From an uncultured bacterium (GTDB lineage Bacteria > Krumholzibacteriota > Krumholzibacteriia > Krumholzibacteriales > Krumholzibacteriaceae), in assembly GCA_963786935.1 (NCBI GenBank), contig CAWBAN010000001.1, positions 960,001 to 1,024,000 on the forward strand: DNA of 64,000 bases. Direction: 5' to 3'. Below, in pieces: positions 10,599 through 18,899 of the stretch; within the stretch, counting starts at the first letter, position 1; each line of letters starts with the position of its first letter. The position numbers and the translations under genes were made by a program. Under the pieces are notes generated by a model. That model saw only the letters and a program-made list of their open reading frames with translations. It was not told the origin of the DNA and searched no databases.

Positions 10599-12677
10599 TT
10601 GAAGAAGGTCGGATTCATCTCGGGAGCGATACTGGTCATCGCGGCAGCCGTTCTCGTTTACTCATTCTTCGGCGATCGCTCGTTCATCCCGTTCCGCATT
10701 CCGTGGGCGAGCGGCGATTCGCTCGGGCGGGCGGCCGAGCGCATTCCCGAGACTGATATAACGGCGGGCTCGGAGGAATCCGACGAATCCGCCGCCTGCA
10801 TCCTGACCTCCGAAGAGCTCGCCGCCCTCTTTTCGCGCGCATCGCGGCAGATCCAGTCGGAGCTCCTCGCCCGCGCATCCATGCGGGAAAAGGCCGCCGT
10901 GTTCGACCGCTCGACGCTCGTCGAGCAGGCGGCGCTCTTCAGACTCCTCAAGGCCGAGGAGCGCGTCGCCCTCCTCGATCGCCTCCCCGCCGCGGAGCGC
11001 GCCGCGATCCTCCGGGAGACCGACTCGACCCCCGAAGCCTTCGACGCGGCGACTCCGAAGGGAAAAGGCTCGATGCTCGACAAAACGTCCGCATCGGCGA
11101 AAACCGCGATGCTCTCGATGGCGTCCGTCCAGGACAAGGCCGCGCTCGTCTCCCGCGCGTCGGGCGCCGAGAAGGCCGCGTTCATGGAACGCCTCTCGGC
11201 GACGGAAAAGGCGGCGTTCATGGGATGCGCCTCCATCGACGACCGCGAAGAGATCTTCGACGACGCCACCATCGAAGAAAGAACCATGATCTATCGCCGC
11301 GCGACTTCCGCCGAGAAGATCCTGATCATGGAGCGGGCGTCCCTCGAGGAAAAGGCGGCGATCATCGGCAAGGCGACGAACGAGGAAAAGGCCGAGCTCT
11401 TCAAGCTCGCGACGGCGCAGGAACATGAGGCGATGTTCTCGCGCCTCACCTCCGCCGAGCGCTCAGCGATGGCCATTCGCGCGGGAACCACCGAGCGCGC
11501 GCTCAAGAATCTCCCGCTCCGCGAGCGCAGCGCCGCGCTCGTCGAACACGGCACGCTCCTCGACCGGGCCGCGATGATCGACGGCGCATCACTCGAGGAG
11601 AAGGCGGCAATCGTCGAGCGGATTCCCCCGGCGATGACGGCGTCCCTCATGGACCGCTCGACGCCGAGGGAGACGGCGGCGTTCCTCAAACGCGCCACCG
11701 ACGAGGAGCTCGCCTTGATCATGGGGAGAACGACGGTCCAACCCGCGTGCCAGCTCATCAACCGCGTTTCGATCGAGGAGCGCGCCTCCCTCGTCGACCG
11801 CGCCACGGCGCAGGAAAAGGCGGCGTATTTCGACGGGGCGACCGCTCAGGCGCGATGCGGGATGTTCGATCGGCTCCCCGATCTCGAGCGAAGCTCGTTC
11901 CTCGATCGCGCCGGCCTCGCGGCGGACGCCTTCCGCTCCCTTCCGATCGAACGGAAAGCGGCCGTCCTCACGGAGCGCGCGTCGCTCCAGGAAAAGGCGC
12001 TGTGCGTGGAGAAGGCGTCCCCCGCGGAAAAGGCGGCGGTCATCGATTGCGCCGCGCCCGTGGAGCGCGTTTCCCTCATGGAACGTTCGTCCTTCGAGGA
12101 GCGCTCATCGATCATCGATCGCGCCTCCGCGCTCGAGAAGGCGTTCATGATCGAGCGCGCGACCGTCGAGGAGCGCGCGGCCCTCTTCGAGCGCCTGACG
12201 AACGAGCAGCGCATCGCCCTTCTCGCCCGGGCATCCCTCATCGAGAAGGCCGCGCTCCTCGACAAGGCGACGATCGAGGAAAAAGCGGCCTTCTTCAATC
12301 TCACGACGATTCAGGAGCGCGTGACCCTCTTCGAGCGCCTGCCGCTCCCCGACCGTACGGCGCTCCTCGCCCGTGCGTCGATCACGCCCGATACCTTCGA
12401 CAAGCTCTCGATCCAGCAGCGCGCCGCGTTCGTGTTCGAGCGCGCGTCCGCGCAGGAGCGCGCCTCCCTCGTCGACGCCGCCACGCTGCAGGAGAAATCG
12501 ACGATCGTCGGACGCATCAGCATGCCCGAGCAAGCGGCGCTCATCGGCCGCGCGTCGATCGAGGAGGAAGCGTTTCTCCTCGACCGGGCCTCGATCAAGG
12601 AGCGCGCGGCGTTTCTAGAAAAGGCGACCCCCGAGGAACGCGCCTCTCTCTTCAAACGGGCGACCGGCTGCGATTGA
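10599..12677 (+). CDS. Membrane-anchored protein with about 50 tandem 12-aa helical repeats (MgtE-N-like)
   Basis: TTG start after GAGGAGG, N-terminal TM helix, repeats of consensus RA(S/T)xxE(K/R)AAxxE. Confidence 0.8.
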   Translation: MKKVGFISGAILVIAAAVLVYSFFGDRSFIPFRIPWASGDSLGRAAERIPETDITAGSEESDESAACILTSEELAALFSRASRQIQSELLARASMREKAAVFDRSTLVEQAALFRLLKAEERVALLDRLPAAERAAILRETDSTPEAFDAATPKGKGSMLDKTSASAKTAMLSMASVQDKAALVSRASGAEKAAFMERLSATEKAAFMGCASIDDREEIFDDATIEERTMIYRRATSAEKILIMERASLEEKAAIIGKATNEEKAELFKLATAQEHEAMFSRLTSAERSAMAIRAGTTERALKNLPLRERSAALVEHGTLLDRAAMIDGASLEEKAAIVERIPPAMTASLMDRSTPRETAAFLKRATDEELALIMGRTTVQPACQLINRVSIEERASLVDRATAQEKAAYFDGATAQARCGMFDRLPDLERSSFLDRAGLAADAFRSLPIERKAAVLTERASLQEKALCVEKASPAEKAAVIDCAAPVERVSLMERSSFEERSSIIDRASALEKAFMIERATVEERAALFERLTNEQRIALLARASLIEKAALLDKATIEEKAAFFNLTTIQERVTLFERLPLPDRTALLARASITPDTFDKLSIQQRAAFVFERASAQERASLVDAATLQEKSTIVGRISMPEQAALIGRASIEEEAFLLDRASIKERAAFLEKATPEERASLFKRATGCD

Positions 12678-12681
12678 TCTC

Positions 12682-13251
12682 TCAGAACAGCGCCTTGATC
12701 GCGCCCCAGCTCGTCTCCTCGACACCGATCGGGCTCGGCGCCCAGCACACGTAGAGCGGCGTCAGGTATCTGCACGCCTCGATCGGATAGCCGGGCAGGC
12801 AGCTCGCGAACTGGTATGCCGGCGCGGGCAGGGTCCCCGGATGCGGAAGGATCTCCATCTTTGCCGGGGTCGGGGCCAGAAGCATCATGGTCAAGTCATA
12901 GAGCCAGACCCAATCGGTCTTGCAGTCGCCCTCCGCAAACACGACGCTCATGCCGTCATCCAATGAGCCGAGCTCCAGAGTAATGATTGCGTGCGTCACC
13001 GTCGCGAGCCGTACGACGGTCGACGGCACGCCGAGCTTGAACTCGGCGGCCTGCAGGCCCCTCACGCTCGGCAGGCACCAGATCCATGCATGGAACTGCC
13101 CGTACTGAGCCGGACAAGCGTAGTTGCCGGCCGGGCCCATCGTGTGGGTATCATCCGCGAACACGCCGATGTAGCCGATCGGCAGGGTAGTTGTGAACGC
13201 GGCGCCGGCCATGAGCACGGCCACTGAAACAATCAGAAGCACTCTTTTCAT
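12682..13251 (-). CDS. Secreted cohesin-like beta-sandwich protein with SWGAIKALF tail
   Basis: GAGGAGG RBS, signal peptide MKRVLLIV..., close paralog of 14472-15023. The cohesin-like fold is inference. Confidence 0.8.
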   Translation of the reverse strand: MKRVLLIVSVAVLMAGAAFTTTLPIGYIGVFADDTHTMGPAGNYACPAQYGQFHAWIWCLPSVRGLQAAEFKLGVPSTVVRLATVTHAIITLELGSLDDGMSVVFAEGDCKTDWVWLYDLTMMLLAPTPAKMEILPHPGTLPAPAYQFASCLPGYPIEACRYLTPLYVCWAPSPIGVEETSWGAIKALF

Positions 13252-13337
13252 TTCGGCCTCCTCTCCTCGCTGAAATGAACGCATGCGGAACGATTCATCC
13301 GAATACACGACTGTTTTTTTGATTTTAGCTGAGTCTC

Positions 13338-13366
13338 ATTTTACGCCGATTCGAGGCGTTTGTCAA
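13338..13366 (-). promoter_or_regulatory. Sigma70-type promoter for the 12682-13251 gene
   Basis: TTGACA-17-TAAAAT on the minus strand. Confidence 0.7.
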
Positions 13367-13387
13367 AGGGAAAGGCAGGGATGAAGC

Positions 13388-13441
13388 GATCCGCCCCGGG
13401 CCCGCGCGCCGGATCACGCGGCAACGGGCCCAGGGCGGATC
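13388..13441 (-). terminator. Long GC-rich stem-loop downstream of the 13478 gene
   Basis: 17-bp inverted repeat whose single mismatch is a G-U pair on the minus-strand RNA. Confidence 0.55.
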
Positions 13442-13477
13442 ACATGTATCGTGCCACGGAAGCGGCGACGGGACGGA

Positions 13478-14014
13478 TTATTTCTTCGCCACGTCTTTGT
13501 TCCGCTCGTCGTTGAACGATCTCATTAGTTCCCGGTGAATGTACGAGACGTGCGTCCCGTCCTTGGCCTTGACCAGCGTGATGAGCACCTCCGGCAGCGT
13601 GACGATGTAGCTCGGACCGAAGGTCTGGCCGTTGAATCCCTCGAAGGAGTTCCAGCTTTGAAAGAGGCCGTGAGCCGCCTGCGTGTACTGCTGCTCCGAG
13701 TTCTCGACGAAATACACGTCCAGCTGCCCGACATGGTCTTTATAAAACGACACGATGACGTGATCCACGTTGTCCGACTTATCGAGCGCGCCTTTGAAGA
13801 CGTAGCTTTCGGGGAACAGCTGGCTCTTGATTTTGCCCTTCACCTCGGAGGCGACGCCTTGCGCTTTCGCGCGCTCCATGAGCGCCTGCTTCGACTCCCC
13901 GAGGTAGAAACCGTTGATCGACTTCGCGATCTTGGACGGCGCCGCGGCCGCTGCGAGCGACGCGAGCATGACGAGAACGAAAACGAGCGCGAACAATCTT
14001 ATCAGTGATCTCAT
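13478..14014 (-). CDS. Secreted hypothetical protein
   Basis: ATG 14014 after GGAGG, signal peptide MRSLIRLFALVFVLVMLASLAAA, host-like codon usage. Confidence 0.75.
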   Translation of the reverse strand: MRSLIRLFALVFVLVMLASLAAAAAPSKIAKSINGFYLGESKQALMERAKAQGVASEVKGKIKSQLFPESYVFKGALDKSDNVDHVIVSFYKDHVGQLDVYFVENSEQQYTQAAHGLFQSWNSFEGFNGQTFGPSYIVTLPEVLITLVKAKDGTHVSYIHRELMRSFNDERNKDVAKK

Positions 14015-14265
14015 CTCATCGCCTCCATCACGATGGTGCTTTCTCTTATGGAGCAAGAGGCGACGCGGTGCTCCTGCTATGGAAAACGGGCCATGGGGGG
14101 CCACCGCATTTCCCGTGCCTCTCCGGCCCGGCGTAATGTGAAGGCACATTCATTTGTCGTTATTGCAGTTATCAGCCGACTTGCAAAGGACATCCAGCTA
14201 TTGCGAGGAAGAAAGCGGAACCGTAGTGCAGCATGCAACTGGCCGTGGCGGAGATGGAATTCATA

Positions 14266-14291
14266 TGAGCCGCCCGGGACTCGAACCCGGG
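14266..14291 (-). repeat. tRNA-Lys 3'-end fragment (att-like direct repeat)
   Basis: TGAGCCGCCCGGGACTCGAACCCGGG versus tRNA TGAGCCGCCTGGGACTCGAACCCAGG (15068-15093), 24/26 identical. Confidence 0.75.
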
Positions 14292-14347
14292 GACTCCCGT
14301 TTCTCGGCGCCGGCGTGCGCGACCCGAAACGGACGGCCCGAATGACC

Positions 14348-14376
14348 TTGAGTATTTCAATGCTTGGGTGTAGAAT
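14348..14376 (+). promoter_or_regulatory. Sigma70-type promoter for the 14472 gene
   Basis: TTGAGT-17-TAGAAT. Confidence 0.55.
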
Positions 14377-14471
14377 AATGCCGTAATCCTTCCCGATATT
14401 ATCGCATGAACGTTCCCCTTCGCGCGGAGAAGCAACTGCGTTTCATCAGAGTGTCAAGAGAGGAGGCCACC

Positions 14472-15023
14472 ATGAAGAAGGTGCTACTGATTGCCGCTGC
14501 GGTTATGTTCGTCGCCGGCTCCGCGTCCGCTGTCCCTCCACCGATCGGTTACATCGGCATTTTCAAGGATGCGACACACACCACCACGTACGCATTTTGT
14601 CCGGCTCTGTATGAACAGTTCCACGCCTGGATTTGGTGTCTGCCGGGCGAACATGGTCTCATGGCAGCCGAGTTCGCTGTCGGCTTCCCTCCGTCGGCCG
14701 TCGCACAGTCCCAGGTAAAGAACCCGGGCATCGTCGTCGAGCTCGGTTCGCTCGCCGGCGGTATCGGGGTTGCGTTCGGTGAGGGCCTGTGCCAGCGGGA
14801 TTGGGTCTGGCTCTATGACATCACCTTGATATTGCTGAGCAGGGAATACGAATCGATCGTTATCCTTCCGCATCCGGGTACGCTGCCCGTTCCGGCGTAT
14901 CAGTTCGCGACCTGCGAGCTCGGTTATCCTATCGAGCAGTGCCATTACCTGACACCTCTGTATCTATGCCCGACGTATGCCGTCGAGGAGTCGAGCTGGG
15001 GAGCGATCAAGAGCCTGTTCTGA
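14472..15023 (+). CDS. Secreted cohesin-like protein with SWGAIKSLF tail; paralog of 12682-13251
   Basis: GAGGAGG RBS; shared blocks PIGYIG, QFHAWIWCLP, DWVWLYD, ILPHPGTLP, YLTPLY. Confidence 0.8.
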   Translation: MKKVLLIAAAVMFVAGSASAVPPPIGYIGIFKDATHTTTYAFCPALYEQFHAWIWCLPGEHGLMAAEFAVGFPPSAVAQSQVKNPGIVVELGSLAGGIGVAFGEGLCQRDWVWLYDITLILLSREYESIVILPHPGTLPVPAYQFATCELGYPIEQCHYLTPLYLCPTYAVEESSWGAIKSLF

Positions 15024-15067
15024 TGATCGGGCGAGTCAGATCGAATGTTCGGCGCAGAATTGAAAAG

Positions 15068-15141
15068 TGAGCCGCCTGGGACTCGAACCCAGGACCCCCT
15101 GCTTAAAAGGCAGGTGCTCTAACCACCTGAGCTAGCGGCCC
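15068..15141 (-). tRNA. tRNA-Lys (TTT), CCA not encoded
   Basis: Reverse complement GGGCCGCTAGCTCAGGTGGTTAGAGCACCTGC-CTTTTAA-GCAGG...GGTTCGAGTCCCAGGCGGCTCA. Confidence 0.96.
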
Positions 15142-15234
15142 ATTGATTGCAGATTCTCTCGAAGCCCCCGCCCCACCGCACGATCCATCACAAGGCTATG
15201 CAAAATAGCGATTCCGTCAAGTCCTGTCAAACGA

Positions 15235-16518
15235 TTAGGCCCCGTTCCTGACGATCGTCTCCTCGCGCGCGGCGCCCGTGGATATGATGGATGCGGGCGC
15301 TCCGATCCCTTTCTCGATCCGCTCGATGAATGCGCGCGCGTTCGCGGGAAGCGCGTCGTAGCGATCGACCTTGATTTCATTCTCGCCCCAGCCCGGCAGC
15401 TCCTCGAAGACCGGCCTGCACTTCGCGAGATCGAGCAGGTTTTGGGGGAAGCTCTCGATGCGCTTCCCGTCGAGCTCGTAGGCGACGCACAGCTTCACCC
15501 GCGGCATCCCCGAGATGACGTCGAGCTTCGTGAGCACGATGTCGTCGTAGCCGTTGAGGAGCACCGAATATCTGCCTGCCACGACGTCGAACCAGCCGCA
15601 GCGGCGCGGGCGCCCCGTCGTCGTGCCGTATTCCTTGCCGCGCTCGCGCAGCTCGTTTCCCACGTCCCCGGCGAGCTCGCTCGGCATGGGGCCGTTCCCG
15701 ACGCGCGTGATGTACGCCTTGAATATTCCGATTACGCGGCCGATGTCGCGCGGCGCGAGCCCCGTTCCCGTCACGGCGCCTCCCACGGTGCACGAGCTCG
15801 ACGTGACGAAGGGGTACGTGCCGTGATCGATGTCGAGGAGCGTCCCCTGCGCGCCCTCGAGGAGAATGCGCCTGCCCGAAGCCTTCAGCTCGTGCACGAG
15901 CGCCTGCGAATCGACGATCAGTCCCGCCATTCGATCCCGCATCCCGGCGAAATCGCTCGCGATCTTCTCGGCGGAGAGCGGCGGGGCGGAAAAGAGCCCG
16001 ATGAGCCTGTTCGCGTCGCTCACCTTCGCCTTGACGATGTCGAAGAGCTCTGCCTTGCCGAGGAGGAACGCGCCCATGCGGAGTCCCCGGCGGAGATATT
16101 TATCGCCGTACGCGGGACCGATCCCCTTCCCCGTGCTCCCGACGCTTTCCTTCTTGAGATCGACCTCGATGAGGTTATCGAGCATCCGGTGATACGGCAT
16201 CACGATGTGCGCCGCGGAGCTGACCCTCAGACGCTTCTCGGCGTCGACGCCCCTCTTCACGAGCTCGTCGAGCTCGGCAAGAAACGCCTGCGGCTCGATG
16301 ACCATGCCGTTCCCGAGAATCGCCGTGACGCGCGGATAGAGGATGCCCGAAGGGATCAGGTGAAACGCGAAGCGCCCCGCGTCGGTGACGACGGTGTGGC
16401 CGGCGTTCGCGCCCCCCTGAAATCTCACGACGACGTCGTGATCGCGCATGAGGAAATCGACGACCTTCGCCTTCCCCTCGTCTCCCCACTGACCCCCTAC
16501 GATGACCGTGGCAGGCAT
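15235..16518 (-). CDS. purA: Adenylosuccinate synthetase
   Basis: GQWGDEGK, GGANAGHT, EGAQGTLLD, YGTTTGRPRRCGWFD motifs. Alternative start 16527. Confidence 0.97.
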   Translation of the reverse strand: MPATVIVGGQWGDEGKAKVVDFLMRDHDVVVRFQGGANAGHTVVTDAGRFAFHLIPSGILYPRVTAILGNGMVIEPQAFLAELDELVKRGVDAEKRLRVSSAAHIVMPYHRMLDNLIEVDLKKESVGSTGKGIGPAYGDKYLRRGLRMGAFLLGKAELFDIVKAKVSDANRLIGLFSAPPLSAEKIASDFAGMRDRMAGLIVDSQALVHELKASGRRILLEGAQGTLLDIDHGTYPFVTSSSCTVGGAVTGTGLAPRDIGRVIGIFKAYITRVGNGPMPSELAGDVGNELRERGKEYGTTTGRPRRCGWFDVVAGRYSVLLNGYDDIVLTKLDVISGMPRVKLCVAYELDGKRIESFPQNLLDLAKCRPVFEELPGWGENEIKVDRYDALPANARAFIERIEKGIGAPASIISTGAAREETIVRNGA

Positions 16519-16664
16519 CGAACGCATCTCCCTCTCCGTGAAACAACCCGCAGTAGTTTATGGCATGAAGTGCCACGACGCAATCGAATATTTCCCGCAT
16601 GAAAAGGCCGTCGCCCGGTCGGGCGGCGGCCAGCATCGATGGAAAGTCCCTTGGCCCCTAAATA

Positions 16665-17069
16665 TTACTCTTCGAAGAGCGATTTCAGAATACCCCAGGT
16701 CCCCCGATCGATCGAGTTCGGAATGTTCATCGGGTCGCCGGGATTGCTGTACTCGAATCCGACCTCAGCCGTTCCGTCGCCGTTCTCGTCGCCGATCTCG
16801 TGGCCGTTCGGATAGCCGTCGCCGTCGGAGTCCTTCACGGCGAGAGCGTTGTTCCACGCGTAGCCGTTCTTCCTGAAATCGGATCCGAAGCTGTTGAGAT
16901 CTCCGCTCGAGGTCGGCGCGGCGGATTTGTGGCAGAGGAGACACTTGTAATGCCGGTACACGGGGAGGGAACGCATGTATTCTTCCCTGCTCTTGAGCGT
17001 GCCGGCGATGAAAAGCATGGCGGCAAAGAAGAGTACAATTATAACGCTGCGCTTTAGCACTGGGCGCAC
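16665..17069 (-). CDS. Small secreted CxxCH protein with temptin-like DSDGDG segment and TWGILKSLF tail
   Basis: N-terminal hydrophobic helix; CLLCH; LNSFGSDF...W...DSDGDGYPNGHEIGD. Confidence 0.7.
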   Translation of the reverse strand: MRPVLKRSVIIVLFFAAMLFIAGTLKSREEYMRSLPVYRHYKCLLCHKSAAPTSSGDLNSFGSDFRKNGYAWNNALAVKDSDGDGYPNGHEIGDENGDGTAEVGFEYSNPGDPMNIPNSIDRGTWGILKSLFEE

Positions 17070-17118
17070 CTATACCTCCGATTTTCTAACTCTATTATAA
17101 CAATGATAGTTGCGGCTG

Positions 17119-18282
17119 TCAAGCCCGGATCCCGGAAAAATCTCCGAGATTCGCGTCCCGTATGATCGCGGAAGCGGCGGATGGATCGGCCGGCGCGCCG
17201 CAGTCGCGCAGCGCCCGAGCGAGCGCGGCGACGAGCAGCTCGAGCGTCGAGGAGCCGTGGAGACCGAGAAATCCCGTGCGCAGGACCTTTCCCTTGAGAT
17301 CGTCCTGCCCGTTCGCGGCGACGAAGCCGTCCCGCGCGAGAGAGGCGAGCACGCGCCCCGACTCGCAGCCGGCGGGAAGCTCGAGCACCTGCACGGCGGA
17401 GGAAGGATGCTTCGAATGCGACGACAGCCCGAGGCTCATCGCCGCGCGCAGGAACGCCTCGCCCGCCGAGCGGTGCCTCGAGATCATTCTCTCGAATCCG
17501 TACTCCCGGAGTCTTCGGAGGGACCGGTGCATGATCTGAATCGTGAGGATCGCCGGCGTGAACGGGGTGTCTCCCCCCGCCGCGGCGCGGCGCGCGCGTT
17601 CGAAATCGAAATAGTACGCGCCGACGCGGCGCCTCCCGACGAGCGCGAGGGCGCGCTCCCCGACCGCCGCGAAGCTCACGCCGGCGGGCGCGGCGAGCGA
17701 CTTCTGGCTCGCGCCGACCGCGAGATCGATTCCCCATTCGTCCATGCGGAGCTCCTCCGCGCCGAGCGAGCTGATCGCATCCGCGATCACGATCGGCCGC
17801 TCGGCCCCGAGCCGCGCCGAGACCTCGCGGAGCCGCCCCGCGAGCCCGCCGAGCGGAGCGAGAAGCCCCGTGGAGGATTCGACGTGCGTGAGGGCGACGA
17901 ACTCGGGGCGCTCGCGGTCGATTCTATCGGCGACCGCATCGAGGTCGATCGCGGCGCCGTTCTCGAAGCTCATGACCGCCGCCCGGCACTCGTACGCCTC
18001 GCAGATTTCGGCCCACCGGCGCCCGAACTTGCCGCCGGAGACGACGAGAACGCGCGAGCCGGGGATCGTCACGTTCGCGATCGCCGCTTCCATGGCGCCG
18101 GTGCCGGATGACGTGAGGAGATACACGGGGTACGACGTGCGGAGAAGCTCCCGGAGCGCCGTTTCGCACTCGCGGATGATCGTCCTGAATTCCGTCGAGC
18201 GGTGATGGAGCTGGGGAAGGTCCTTCCACGTTTCCGGGGCGACCTGCACGGGCCCCGGGCTCACGATGACGTTGTCGCGCAT
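17119..18282 (-). CDS. Class V PLP aminotransferase (serine-pyruvate/alanine-glyoxylate family)
   Basis: PGP, SSGTGAME, HVESSTG, DAISSLG, ASQK (PLP lysine), TPFTP; start ATG 18282. Confidence 0.9.
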   Translation of the reverse strand: MRDNVIVSPGPVQVAPETWKDLPQLHHRSTEFRTIIRECETALRELLRTSYPVYLLTSSGTGAMEAAIANVTIPGSRVLVVSGGKFGRRWAEICEAYECRAAVMSFENGAAIDLDAVADRIDRERPEFVALTHVESSTGLLAPLGGLAGRLREVSARLGAERPIVIADAISSLGAEELRMDEWGIDLAVGASQKSLAAPAGVSFAAVGERALALVGRRRVGAYYFDFERARRAAAGGDTPFTPAILTIQIMHRSLRRLREYGFERMISRHRSAGEAFLRAAMSLGLSSHSKHPSSAVQVLELPAGCESGRVLASLARDGFVAANGQDDLKGKVLRTGFLGLHGSSTLELLVAALARALRDCGAPADPSAASAIIRDANLGDFSGIRA

Positions 18283-18295
18283 GCGGGTCTCCCCC

Positions 18296-18898
18296 CTACC
18301 CGATCCGCTCGACGACCCAGCGCCAGAGATCCTGTTTCCCCTCCCCCGTTTTCGCGGAGAAGAAGATCGTCGGCACGGCGGCTCCGGCGGCGCCGCCCAC
18401 GCTCTCGTTGAGCTCCCGAACGGCGCGGAATCGCTCGTCCCTCGATATCTTGTCCACCTTCGTGAACACGACGATGAAGGGACGTCCGCTCCGGGCGATG
18501 TGCGCGATCCGCTCGACGTCCTCTTTCGACGGGGCATGGCGCGCGTCGACGAGCTGCACGACGCCGGCGAGCGCCTCGCGGCTCTCGATGTATCCCTCGA
18601 TGACGGCGAGCCAGCCCTTGCGCGTCTCGGCGGAGAGCCGCGCGAACCCGTATCCGGGGAAATCGACGAGGTAGAAGCGGTCGTTCACCGCGTAGAAGTT
18701 GATCGTCCTCGTCTTGCCCGGCTCGTTGCTGATGCGGGCGAAGTTCTTGCGCTCGAAGAGGGTGTTGATGAGCGACGATTTCCCGACGTTCGATCGCCCC
18801 GACACGGCGATTTCCTTCCAGGGGGATTTCGGGAAGCGCGCGGGGTCGAGCGTCGTGCAGGCGACGGCGAGGCTCCGTATCTTCAGAACGGGCGGCAT
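18296..18898 (-). CDS. engB: Ribosome biogenesis GTPase YihA/EngB
   Basis: GRSNVGKSS, PGKT, DFPGYG, TKVDK motifs; directly after lon. Confidence 0.95.
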   Translation of the reverse strand: MPPVLKIRSLAVACTTLDPARFPKSPWKEIAVSGRSNVGKSSLINTLFERKNFARISNEPGKTRTINFYAVNDRFYLVDFPGYGFARLSAETRKGWLAVIEGYIESREALAGVVQLVDARHAPSKEDVERIAHIARSGRPFIVVFTKVDKISRDERFRAVRELNESVGGAAGAAVPTIFFSAKTGEGKQDLWRWVVERIG

Positions 18899-18899
18899 G

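Noticed and set aside
10880..12670. Repetitive DNA resembling a CRISPR array or VNTR
   Set aside because: The 36-bp periodicity is degenerate and protein-coding; there are no identical repeats with spacers and no cas genes.
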